Below, in pieces: positions 52,001-64,000 of a stretch of DNA of 64,000 nt. The notes beneath the pieces were generated by a model that saw nothing but the letters and a program-made list of their open reading frames with translations, ran no database searches and was not told where the DNA came from. Location of the stretch: positions 5,766,001 to 5,830,000 of the forward strand of contig OZ316776.1 of NCBI GenBank assembly GCA_973851085.1. The letters run 5' to 3'. Position 1 is the stretch's first letter. Every line of letters starts with the position of its first letter. Source of the stretch: Ptychomitrium polyphyllum (lineage: Eukaryota). Position numbers and translations under genes: made by a program.

Positions 52001-53686
52001 ATCAAAATTTGAAATTATTTTTATAAATCATTTTATAAATTAATTCTTTGTTTATTAAATGATATTATTATAATTACAAATTTTATTTATAAAAGTTTTT
52101 AGGAACTAAAACAATGGTTAGTTTTTTATTATTTAACTTATTTTACATGATTAAAAAAACAAACTACTATAATTGATCAAATCAATTTTTATAAGTATTT
52201 ATAATTTAATAATCAACTTCATTTTGATAAAATATAAATAAAATTATTACAAGGAATAAGGAAAAAACAAAATTACTATTTGAACGTTGCTTCTTTATAT
52301 TAAATCAATAATAACATTGTATAAGAAATTAGAGGAGTTATAGATGATAATTTTATAAGATTATAAAATAAATAAATTATTATATTTTATCATTATTTTT
52401 GTTTCTTTTTTTCTTTTGTCTTTTATTATTTTCATATTAATGATGTGTATAGTATTTATAATTATATAACAACATTTAAAAATATATATAAATTATAAAT
52501 ATAAAAATTCATGATTAATAAAGAAATGAATTAAAAGATTTATGGAACATTGTGTTTTATTCCTATGAAGCTATTTCATTTATCTACTATGGTACATAAG
52601 TGCGATAATGAAATTTAAATGTAATTAAATATGGTTAATAAAAAAACGAATTAGAAGTTTCAAAGAAAAAGACTATAAATTTTGTAAAAGAATATATTAG
52701 GGGTATTGAAATGAAAGTTTAATAATGATTTTTCACATTTGGAATTCTAAAAATTCTATGAATTACAACCACATGACTTTTGTACATCTCAAATATATAG
52801 TTTGAAATAGCTTATATATTAAATAGTTTAATAATTATGATATATATTTTGTAAGTATTGATCTTTTAATGCCTCATAAGGAGTTAAATTATTTTATTTT
52901 CTTAAGCGTTTTTATGTTGTTGTCAATCTTTCACCATATATGTTTCAATAACTTTGTTCATGTCATAAGCTTGCTTTGATGATTGTATAATAGGTGTTTA
53001 TTTATCATGGTTCTTTATATACTATTAGCTAGAAATTTATAACTAATATTTCAAGTTGCATTTCTTGCATAAAACTTTCAATCATTGGCAAGTTTGCAAG
53101 TCTATACTTTGTTGAATCAAATCAACTTCATTAATAAAAATGTTTCCAAGATTTTATTGATCTATAAATTTCATCTTCTTTAAATTTGTATCTTTGCATC
53201 ACAAAATATAATTTATGAAAGTCTATACAAATTATGAATTTAAAAAAATCATAATCATTAGACCTCCTATTATATATAAACAACAGTTAGCCCATTGACA
53301 TCTTGCAATGAAATATTAATAAAAAGTCATATTACTAAAGAATGTTATAAAATATTGTTTCATATAACAACAAGAATGATTGCAAAAGAGAAGATGAAAA
53401 ATATTTATATCCAACTATGCTAAAACCATCCATATTTGGATCAATTAAGTATCTTCATCACAAACTCGTTCCATAAGGATAAAACCCAAAGGAAAGTCGA
53501 CCAAGAAAGGAAAAGGATTAAACGCTCTAAAAGGCATGCAAACTTAGAACCGTCACTTCGCCTAAACCGACACCTGGCACGCGTTTAGGATTATAAGGAC
53601 ACAAACATTATACCGATAATAGACGATACTGGTTTAAGGTGCAGTGACGGTTAAGGAGTGTTTGCTGCAGCACAGGCAAGAGGTCT

Positions 53687-53695
53687 AAACCCTAA
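53687..53695 (+). promoter_or_regulatory. Telo-box AAACCCTAA upstream of the SNU13 pseudogene
   Basis: This is an exact telo-box ~110 bp upstream of the ATG. Telo-boxes are typical of plant ribosome-biogenesis gene promoters. Confidence 0.55.
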
Positions 53696-53802
53696 ACCTC
53701 AGAGTGACTGCCTTCGTCCCAAGCTCCGAGAGGACGACCTGTCCGTTTGCGCATATGACCAACTTCGTCGCAGTGCTGTGATTGTTGTGGTTGTTATCTG
53801 CG

Positions 53803-54093
53803 ATGGCATCTGAGGCCGTGAATCCTAAGGCTCGCTGTCGAACGCGCAGCTGACCACCACGATCACCGATATCGTGCAGCAAGCTGCGAATTACAAGCAG
53901 CTTACGAAGGGGGCCAATTACGCTGAACCGCGGGATTGCGGAGTTTGTCGTGATGGCCGCGGATACGGAGCCGCTGGAGGTTTTTCTGCACTTACCATTG
54001 CTGGCGGAGGACAAGAACGTGCCGTATGTGTTTGTGCCGTCGAAGTAGGCGCTCGGGCGGGTGTGCGGAGTTTCGAGGCCGGTGATCACGTAG
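53803..54093 (+). pseudogene. SNU13: SNU13/NHP2L1 (15.5K, L7Ae family) pseudogene
   Basis: Translation: MASEAVNPKA/(frameshift)[28 protein letters not shown]/(frameshift, EATK lost)[56 protein letters not shown]. There is a premature TAG at 54046-54048, and the C-terminus is truncated. Confidence 0.92.
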
Positions 54094-55366
54094 AGAGACC
54101 ACAGCTGAATTGACACTTGAATCTATGATGCGTGGATATGGTGATCATGTATGGAGGCGACTGTCGCTGATTCCTTGCGTTGGCATCTTCGGATGTAGAA
54201 TCGATTGGTTCTTTCTTTCTGCATTTGTATGATACGTTGGCTGCAGGAGCTGGTGAGCGTTTATGCGGTTTGAGGTTTGTGATTTAGAGATCTACATGTA
54301 GGGTGGTATCATTGATTTAGACTTGAAGGAGCTAATTGGGAGGAACTGACCAATTTCTTTTTGTTAATGTCAAAGCATTTGCAGTGGTTCAAGTTTATGC
54401 CTTACCTTTCGTATTGGTTCATCTGTTTCTGGAATCAGCTGTGTAAGCACAATGCAGAGATTGTGTGGTGGTTTCTTATCTTGTCATTCAAAGGGACGAG
54501 CTTGACGCATTCAGAGAAAAGAGTGCACTGGAAGGAGAGAAGCAGTGGTGATTCTGTAGTCAACCAACTTGCACACAATTGATGCCACCAGATCCACTTA
54601 CCCAGACTGCCAAAGCTTTGAGTCATGGGTCAAACCGTATGCATAAAATTACACGCAATGCGAATAGATGGTTGCTTCTCATGAGATACGTATGCAGCGT
54701 TCAAAATCTGCAGAGCCAAGAAAAAGGATTGCATTTTGAATGAATTACCAACATCAGTTAAGAATGTGAATGTTGAGAATGAAGATACTAATGAATGCAT
54801 TTGTTTCACTGATGTGTCATATTTGTGTTACTTAACTAGATATTTGTAAGTGTACATTACTTTATTACAACAATTTAATGACATTGCAAGAACTGAAATT
54901 ATATGTTTGCTTTCTAAGTTTTGTAGTTCTTTTGGTAAATTTCCTCCCGCGGCTTATCCTCTCGTAAATTCTAGCCTCACTTTAGATTATTATCATCTTC
55001 ACCTAGGACAAATGATGGTTGTAATGCATGATGAACCATATTGGCTTTAAGCTTGGCATTTAAATTAAATACTATAACTTCTCCTTTACACTATTAAGAT
55101 GTGATAATGCATGAGCAAAAAGAACCAAATTCTCAAATTAAATATACTTTATAATTTTTAAAAATTTGTATTCCTTTTTCTTTTGCTTATTAGGTTTATT
55201 TAGTGAATACATTGGAAACATGCCCTCTTCATTTGAGTATCTTAGCCATATACATCATACATTAGCCTTCCATGTTGAAATGCATTAATACTTAAAGCAT
55301 CATATTTTAATGCTAAGGTTCTTCTAACTATGTTTCTTTCACATGCTATAAAGGCATCATTGATAT

Positions 55367-55700
55367 TGTCACGGACATACATATTATAAGCATTTAGAAA
55401 GGATCTTAGAAGGTTTAAGAAGCTTTAAAAGAAGTTACTTAGACTTAGGAAGCTTCTAATGAAATTACATTGGCTTAAGAAGCTTCCAAGGAAGTAACTC
55501 AAGGTTGCTTGAATACAAAACAATGTACTAAAAGCTTCTCAGGTGTTTGGTCTTAATATATAGAGTTGAGGCTAAAAGGATCTTTAGTCTCAACAATGCA
55601 TCTCTTGTGGTTTAATTGAGACATTTTAGCCTTGACTTTGTACCTTATTATAGCTCTATACTTCTAATATACCTTGGATATATCTTGATCCATATTTTGA
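55367..55700. mobile_element. Possible decayed LTR fragment
   Basis: It begins TGTCACGG and contains ~31-bp imperfect repeats (AGAAGCTT…GAAGTTAC/GAAGTAAC x3, 55408-55500), a TATA-like site and a short inverted repeat (TTAGTCTCAA…TTGAGACATTTTAG). I found no clear 3' CA end or TSD. Confidence 0.3.
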
Positions 55701-56839
55701 AATTTTGAAGCCTTGTTATGTTGTTATTCTATCTTTAACAAATATTACCATTGATAAGTTTGTAAACTTAATGGATTGTTTGCAAGTGTTATTTCTTTTT
55801 ATAATTTGGCAATTATATTATGTCAATATTGTATTAGACGCTCTAATAGTGTAATACTTTATAAAATCAATAGTAGATGCTATGTATGCATTTTCTTTGA
55901 ATTAAGCTAATTATTCTTGCTTGAGCACTTATTTTTGATATTTTGAATAACATTCTTTTTTTATATTTTTGTCATATTCAAAGTATGATTTTAAATATAA
56001 AAAACGCCTTTTTAATAATAGTTGATATGATATTACAAGTCATATCATAATAGTTGATATGATATATCAAGTATAATATACTAATCAAATGTTAAAATTA
56101 TAAAATAATTACACTTGAATATATATTAAGTTTAAGCTAAAAATATTATATAAGATTTTTTTTTAAAAACCAGTAGATTACAAAAATTTATGTCAAATTT
56201 GAATTCTAAATAATATCATGTTTACTATAATGGAAAATTCCAAAATTCCAAATATTAATGTGATATAATGGTAATGCAGTCACTCAATAGTCTCAAAATT
56301 GATGTTTGTGCTAATAGAATGAATATAGTATTAAATGCTCAAAGAATCATACATAATCTTTCAAGAAATTTGAGGTTCTTAGTATAATATTACCTCAACT
56401 TGATTTATATTTCTTTTCATACTATGGCTAAATGTAAATAAATCTTTCAACTTATTTATAAAAAAAATAAAATTACTTCAGTTTCTTCTTAAGTATTTGT
56501 ATCTTTTACAATTTAAAAAAAAAACCTTTCATAGATTGAATAAGCATTAATGTCAAAATATATCTAAATTCTATTTTTTAAGAATTTTTTAAAAATTATT
56601 AAAACCATACATATACAAAATATCTCAATGTGTGTAAATTTGGATTGTCTATTTATATCTTTTAATTAAGCTTCTTTGTAGGCTAGTGCATAATTTGTAT
56701 TTAATAGTTATTGAAAAAATAGATATACAATTCTCTAGATAGATTCTTTTGTAATTGCAAAATTAAGATTATATACTTGATATTGATGTCATAAGGTCCA
56801 TATAAGAAATTTATTCTTATAAATTGTTTGTTTCTCTTG

Positions 56840-57720
56840 CTACTTCTTCAAAATTTATCAACCTTTAATGACCATATTACATATGTCATATAACTTTATG
56901 AACTGTCTATTTCTCCAAAATTTGTCAATTCTTTAAAGAACATTATATATACATCAAGTAGCTTTATGGACTGTCTACTTCTCTTAGATTTGTCAGCTTT
57001 CTATGGAACATACTATATACGTCAAGTAGCTTTATGGACTGTCTACTTCTCTAAGATTTGTCAGCTCTCTAAGGAACATTCTATATATGTCAGGTAGCTT
57101 TATGGACTGTCTACTTCTTCATGATTTGTCAACTTTTCAAGATCACATCACATATGTCAGGTAGCTTTATGGACTGTCTACTTCTCTTGGATTTGTCAGC
57201 TCTCTAAGGAACATTCTATATACGTCAGGTAGCTTTATGGACTGTCTACTTCTTCATGATTTGTCAACTTTTTAGGATCACATCACATATGTCAAGTAGC
57301 TTTATGGACTGTCTACTTCTCTTGGATTTGTCAGCTCTCTAAGGAACATTCTATATACGTCAGGTAGCTTTATGGATTGTCTACTTCTTCATGATTTGTC
57401 AACTTTTTAGGATCACATCACATATGTCAAGTAGCTTTATGGACTGTCTACTTCTCTTGGATTTGTCAGCTCTCTAAGGAACATTCTATATACGTCAGGT
57501 AGCTTTATGGATTGTCTACTTCTTCATGATTTGTCAACTTTTCAGGATTACATCACAGATGTCAGGTAGCTTTATGAGCTGTCTACTTCCCTAGGATTTG
57601 TCAACTCTCTAAAGAACATTCTATATACTTTAGGTAGCTTTATGGACTCTTTGTTTTACTAGGATATGTGTACTTTTTAAGAATCTGTATTTTTTTTTAT
57701 GGATTGTTGACTTCCATAGA
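56840..57720. repeat. Tandem array of ~12 monomers of 67/68 bp with a 135-bp higher-order dimer
   Basis: AGCTTTATG(G) starts at 56960, 57028, 57096, 57163, 57231, 57298, 57366, 57433, 57501, 57568 and 57636, with a degenerate start at 56892. Spacings from 56960 are 68, 68, 67, 68, 67, 68, 67, 68, 67, 68. Confidence 0.97.
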
Positions 57721-58656
57721 TGTTAAGTTGTTATTCACCAAAATTTTGAATACTTATTAAACAAAGAATATTCAAGAGGTGATTCTCTTTACTAAACATG
57801 AAAGGATACAAACCAAAAAACCATCTCTGCACCTAAAACCGAGATTATCTATCATCAAACTACGTTTGAACCCTTCTAATCTATCGTGTTTGCAGATGCG
57901 GGTGTGGCGGTTTTGACATACATCACGTAACGACAACAAGAGCGCGACAACAAAGACCGCGTCGACGCCCGGTTCCGCAAATCACCTGGTCAACACTCAC
58001 ACTCGAGCTGCGATGCCACCACCAGGCATCCTTAATACCCTCCCAGGTATCTCAAGCAGCCCCCGAAACGCCCGGCGGGTCTGGCCAGAGTACTGGCTGC
58101 GCCCCGGTACCGACGTCCGGTACACAAAGCTGAGAGTGCAGTGCAGCGCAGTACTGTACCGCAGGGAGCCTCGGTGCTCTCTTTCTCTCTCTCGCTGATT
58201 GTAAGTATGTGTGTGCGCCTCTTTTGTGCTGCCTCTCCTGGCTTTGCTTGGTGCTGTTGGCGCACTTTTCCGCCACAAGCTCACGCCTTTCCTGGTTTCT
58301 CACCTCCTTAGTTTGGCCCGGGAGCCAATATCTCTCGACGCACAAGCCGCGGATCATTTCTTCGGGTGCAGAATCGGTGCGGTGGGGCGGAGGCTGGGGT
58401 TGGGTTGACGTAAAAGTGGTAGTTCTGGTCCTTTTCGGGTTTTTTCGGAGTTCGTGTTGGTCGACAGCGAGAGGGTTGCATTATTTGCAGCTTTGGTCGT
58501 GCGGTATTGATTATTGGCTCTGGTTTTTATTTCCAAGTAGTGGTCTTTCTGAGGTAGCAAAGCCAGCCTGTGGTGGTGGTTGTTGTCGTCGTTGTCGTTG
58601 TTGTTATCGAACGGGGAGGTGGTGTGTGGGACGGAGAAGACGACGACGACGACGCG

Positions 58657-61600
58657 ATGATGGCGGACTTTGATCTCATGGAGCTTGCTCCAGAGCAGGT
58701 AGAGTGTGTTGCTAGTGGTCTCTCTTTTGTATATTACTCCCCCCCAACCCCCACCCCAAAACGGTGTTTTTGGCACGTGTTTATGTTTTCGGCTATGAGA
58801 GCTTCTCCACGTTTTGAGACTTTTAGTTTAGTCTAGTTGTTGTGTGCGACTTAGGTTAGGTGTTTTCTCCGTCTTTTTTTTAATGAGGTTTGTGGACTCA
58901 AGGTGATGCCTAGTGAGACACTTATGGGAGTGTGCAAGGTTGTGTGAGTGTTTTTTTCTTGTTTTTCTGCGATAGTGCATTGTGCTTTGAAGTCTGTTGT
59001 TTATTTGGACATGGACTGACTGATAGAAAGTTGTTCGTTTGTTTGGCGGGGTTGAGTTTTCAGTAGCTACGAGCATAATAGACCTCACTCTTGAATAAGG
59101 CTGTCACTCATTGTGTTTGGGCTAGAGAAAGTTTAGAAGCTTCTCGTCTTGTGGATTTCCTGCATGTTGGTCATCTTACTGAGGTTTGAAACTATTAATG
59201 TCAGAGGGGTCGGAAGAACATTTATTTTAGTTCTCTGTCCTGACGTAGCTCACGTACTACTAGTTGTTAGTCCAAATCAGTCATATGATGTGTGTGTGTA
59301 CGGTTTGAGGGCCAAGGGTGAGTTTTTCCACAACGATAGCTTCGGGTGCCTGTCTTATTGATAGTAGTCCGGGGGGCTTTGATGCAGGTACATGTCTCTT
59401 TCTGGTTTTGCCTCATTCTGTAGATATTAGAGATCAGTGGCTAGTGTTTCTCACGCTTTCTAAGTGTTTCCTATTTTGTTGTACAGCAGGAGGATCTTGC
59501 CTATCTACACCAGCAATTGTTTTCTACTGCCACGGAAGTTGTTTCGGCCGGAGCAGGAGAGCCAGCCATGGTGGTCACTGATACAACAGCTGCTACTGTC
59601 ACCATGCTGCACGACGGTATGCATTCGTACTGATATTCGTACTAGTATTCTTATCCTTGGCAAACTTGGCAGTTGGATCAAGTGTTTGTCTTGTCTCTTG
59701 TTACATGCGACTATTTCTGTCGCTTTTTCATTTTACAATGATAAGTAGGAATTGAGTGTCCTTGTACAGTGAGTGTTTTCTTCGGAGACATTGCTGATGC
59801 ATCTCTTGCTCTTGTGTTCTGTATATCTTAAGTTGAAGTTCGAAATTCCTACTCTACTAACTTTGAAAACATTTTTTTGGGGTTTCCTAGAGCATCAAAG
59901 TATGGATATGATGTACTCTAATTGTTTATGTGGAAGTAACTGTTTGCAGTTACCGGTTTTACAGGGAACTATGGGAATGGGAATACTGCAACTGAACCTA
60001 AGGAGGTTTGTTTTGGTTGTCGAGAGCTCTAATTTGTTGTATTTTAAAAGTTACCTTCAATGATGTTACCTTTGGTGTTTGTTTCACTTTCTAAGGAGAT
60101 ATTTTCTTGTATAACAGCATGCAAATTTACTTTCCATCTCAGCATCTTACAATGTGTGCAGGATGACAAGCCAGCAGTGTCTCATGGAGACGGGGAAGCT
60201 TTAGTTGGGCGGTCAATTGTGAAGAAGTTTAAGAGAACAAAGTACGCTGGGAAGGTCATAGGCTTTGATTCAGAGTGTAAGTGGTACAAGGTAGATTACT
60301 TATCCACACCGGATGTTTCATCCGATTTTATACCTTTGAAACATGTGACCATTTGCATTTTCAATTCTGACAATTGGCTCCCGTACTTTCAGGCATGATG
60401 AGACAATATGTTGTTGAAGATATTAATTTTGTGGTATTTCACTTAGGTGAAATATGAGGACGATGATGAAGAGGAACTTGAGTATAAGGAGCTTGAATCA
60501 CTCCTTGTAGAAGCTGACGAAGCGGAAGCAGTGAAAGCTGCGAATGCCAAGAAGAGGCCAGTTCCTGAAACCGATAGCGATTCCAAGAGGTGAGTATCAG
60601 ACGTTTAAGTTTTCAGTTGAGTAATTAGGAACTAGAAATAGCATCGTATGTATGGATTTTAAAGCCTTAATTGGGATTGGGTCTAATATCCTAGACCAAA
60701 TGAGTTGCAAACTGAACCGGTCTACTTTTTTGGGCCCATTTGCTGCCTTGCAACTAATTTGTTTCTGAAAACACTTCTGGGGCTTGCCGTTTTACAGTTT
60801 GTTAATCTGCTTTCACATTGTCAGGGAGTTTTAGTGAGGCTACGTTGTTTGTGATTGATTTCAGTCCTGCCAAAAGAGGTAGAGGAAGACCTCCTGGGGA
60901 AAAGAAAACAGCAGCTCAGGCTAACGCAGGGAAGAAGACTAAAGCTCTCAAGTCCCCGAAGTCACCCAAGTCACCGAAAAAGGTGTCACCCAAGAAGTCG
61001 GAAGAGAAAGAGGTTTCTGAGTCTCTGTCCACTGAGAAGAAGAATGCTGCTACGCCAGGCTCAGGAGAGAAGAGGGGAAGGGGCAGACCCAGGAAAGATG
61101 CTGCAGCAGTAAAGACTCCTGCGAAGACCAAAGCTGATGGGAAGGGAAGTGGTGACAGCTCATCCGAAAGCAAGCCATCGACGCGTAAATCCACGTCAGC
61201 TCAAGATAAGGGTGAGTCAAGATCGGGGAGATCTCCACGTGGCAAGTCAGCAGTTTCACCTTCTGCTGGAGGACCTCTTTCTCAAAAGGAAGGTCATCAA
61301 CTCATCGGAGCTAAGATAAAAAAGAAATTCGACGGCGTGTTGTACGATGGAGAAGTGACTGGGTTTGACCCCAAAATGGGTTACTACAAGGTACAATTGT
61401 AGAACACGAATGTAGGTTCTCTATATTGGATCATGGCTTGCAACTTCAAATTTCCCTCAATAGAATTCATTCCTGTGCAACATCTTATAGCCTCCTCATT
61501 TTGGTTTCAGATAAGTCAAATTCAAAGATATGTAAAAATTGGTCGCTCATGTTTATGGACGATATTGTGTAATTTCAGGCTCTGTACAGTGATGGGGACA

Positions 61601-62042
61601 AAGAGGAATACACATTGAAGGAGTTGAAAGCACTACTGGTTGAAGACCAGGCGACCCCTAAGACCAGGGGCAGATCTAAGTCAAGAGATGCAACTCCAGC
61701 TAAAGCCGCTGAAGCGTCACCACAGAAGAAGCAAAAAGTCACTACACCAAAGAAAGGCGCTGCAAAAACACAAAGTCCTGCCAGGTACTTTCTCTTCTGC
61801 GGCATTCATGTCTGCTTCATGTTACTTTATGGCTCACCTTTGAAGAAATTATAGCTCAAGGCAAATGACGGTATTCTAGACCTGCTATCCACACTTCGTT
61901 TCTCGAGACATCTACGAGTGGTTTTAGACAAATGTTTGCCTGCCAATTGAGTTTTGGTCTAATTGCTGATCACGTGGGAATTGATTGCAGAGATGCAGCC
62001 CATCCAAGGAAACGTGGACGTCCAGCCAAAGCGAAGAGGTAA
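58657..62042 (+). CDS. Putative chromatin protein with two Tudor-like domains and three AT-hooks; spliced
   Basis: In-frame exons: 58657-58698 (MMADFDLMELAPEQ), 59487-59616, 59950/59965-60005, 60162-60290 (LVGRSIVKKFKRTKYAGKVIGFDSECKWYK), 60447-60589 (VKYEDDDEEELEY), 60865-61390 (KRGRGRPP, SPKSPKSPKK, KRGRGRPRK, LIGAKIKKKFDGVLYDGEVTGFDPKMGYYK), 61579-61784 (ALYSDGDKEEY), 61991-62042 (RKRGRPAK…*). Confidence 0.82.
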
Positions 62043-64000
62043 GCGGTATGGATGTGTGACGAAGAGCCAACAATTTGAAGACTACTGTTTTGTATAGAGG
62101 TGTTGTGTTGCTGTATTCGGAGATGGCAACTGTACCTGAGGTCTTAGATGTTGGGCTTTAGGTTGAAACACTCATGTAGCATTAGGAGCCTCATAGGAGA
62201 CTTAGATTTGTGCAAGTGGATAGTGGATGTGTTCATAAGAGCTGTTCAACTTAAGGGCCTTATCTACCTGTCTGGACGCATACCGCAAGTACTTGTGACT
62301 CTGAGTTCTCAGCTTTTTACCTTCGTGCCGAACAAGGAGGCATACAAGACTGATGGGACGGACCAGTGGCTGTTATCATTTCTAGCTAGAGTACAGAAAT
62401 GAGTTGGCTAGACTGTGTATATGATGGACAGACTCGAATGAGAGAAATTGGCACATTTTGGGGCCTGTCTCTTGTTAAAATTACCATGTGTTCAACGAAA
62501 TCCGACTCTTTCAATAAACTTGATTATGAATTGAAATTATTTATTTATTGCCATTCATGGACAGTATTCTGGTTTCACTTGTGCAAGCGTTGTTGACTTC
62601 CATTCTTATTGGTTGGCAAGCTTAGTAGAGGACTAGGAACTCAGAGTAATAGCTAAAGTGAGGTTACCCTTCAAGAAGGCCCTCTTGGCATTATAGATTG
62701 AATACTCATGAACATATACTCTTTGGACTCTGGGCTCTAGTTACCTGCGTTTCCATGCATGTCCTCTCTCACTCTACTTTTTATAGTTGAGAATTGGTTG
62801 AGACTCCAATGTTAACTGATTTTCAAGCGGTCATGGGGGCAGTAGTTTTGTCAAAGTGTAAACCTATGACTAAGCCAGCCATAGCATGACAAGACCCTGT
62901 GTTTAGAAATCCCTGTTCCAGAAGGCCTCTAAATATTGGTTTCAAACAATGAATTAATGTCAAACAGATTGTTATTAGTCCTGAACAAGCAGGATGTGAT
63001 TAATTTAAGCTTTTGGCTCTAATAAGGAAACCAAAGCCTCATAATACTTTTATGAACGATGTAAATCTATTATGCAATGTCGAAGCAGAAGCTAGTAATG
63101 CAGACTCCGAAACTAGTGTTGAAGATCGTGATGAACAAGAGAATAGTGGTCCCTTAGAAGATAAGAGAAGCACTTTGATAGAATAAAAGGAAAAACCTGC
63201 AGCCCTTGCTGCTATTCGAGATGTTTCTGCCAGTAATGCGGAGATCCTTGAGTATTATGGTTGGAGAGAAGTAGTGCACTGCCACAGAAACAGGTACTTA
63301 GAGCTCACATCCATGAAGTTGATTCCGACCACGTCACTGATTGTCCAACTGGCCGAAAGTTGGTTAATTCTTTCCAGCTTCATCGCCTCCAACGCCAGAG
63401 TGATGAATTCTCCAATCAAATGAAAATTGTCTCCTGAATGCCTAAAGAAGTCTGGCTAGTACTTTACACGTCGGGTAAAGAGGGCGTTGGGCTAAAAGAC
63501 CGTCAATGTGACTTGAATTATCTGAAGATGTAGTTGTTTGCGTCACGGTTGCTCTGTGGTTTTTTCAGGGATTTTGGTAACTGAGTGGTGTGCAAAGAAA
63601 AGTCTAAAGGGTAGAACATCAGCAGCTGTGTCTTCTCTTTGTAAAAATCAGATCGCTTTCAATGACTTATTTCTGTTCGCACCGGTGACCTGGCATCGGT
63701 GATTGGGTTGATCTAGTCTGGTTATGTACAGGCCAATCAGCATCATCTTGCTGCTTTAACAACATCAAGTCAAGTTCTGGTGTGGAGCAACCAGCACGGC
63801 AGCATTTGCAGTGTGATTGGTAGGAGTGTGTCTGTAGCTTAGACGGTAAAGGTATTGTGCTTCTTGATATTGCAGGGCCAGATATAGACAGACGGTCAGC
63901 TGGCTATTAACCAGAACGTGAAGACCAGGTCATTGCTGCTTCTTGATACACTGATCAGTCAGAGATCCATACAAATTGTCCTTCCATAAGCAGCCTGAAG

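Noticed and set aside
51200..53450. Extremely AT-rich block as a specific element
   Set aside because: It is probably decayed TE DNA, but I found no terminal repeats or translatable motifs to classify it.
56840..57720. Tandem array as a CRISPR-like repeat-spacer locus or as coding sequence (135 bp = 45 codons)
   Set aside because: The variable parts are not unique spacers but two alternating types. There are no cas genes and the context is eukaryotic. The ORF track shows no ORF here, and the minus frame I translated hits TAA within the monomer.
63000..64000. Possible degenerate LINE or gene fragment at the window end
   Set aside because: There is no ORF of 60 aa or more and no diagnostic RT or endonuclease motif, so it cannot be supported.

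Overview
This is eukaryotic land-plant nuclear DNA. Gene islands with ~100-700 bp GT-AG introns alternate with very AT-rich, decayed-transposon intergenic blocks. The overall look suggests a moss such as Physcomitrium, but that is inference only. I can support nine apparently intact spliced genes: an ALE2-like receptor kinase, an HMA-domain protein, a clade-E-like PP2C, sucrose-phosphate phosphatase, a TMEM184/LAZ1-like transporter, a BCS1-like AAA-ATPase, Mediator subunit MED28, TRAPPC12, and a protein with two Tudor-like domains and three AT-hooks. There are also two pseudogenes (a cytochrome P450 and SNU13/15.5K), a Tourist-like MITE with a second partial copy, relics of pogo-like and MULE-like transposases, and a 67/68-bp tandem array with a 135-bp higher-order dimer. 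I see no prokaryote-style system (CRISPR, defence operon) and no clear RNA genes. The best candidates for something undescribed are: (i) the dual-Tudor/AT-hook chromatin protein with the higher-order satellite just upstream; (ii) a tandem duplication of an exon-intron junction that gives the kinase two in-frame donors; (iii) a PP2C whose 3' UTR should run antisense into a P450 relic; (iv) a possible Pack-type element with exon-like cargo; (v) a repetitive N-terminal extension of TRAPPC12 with a candidate ATG8-interacting motif. Exon boundaries were inferred by eye from GT/AG signals and reading frame.
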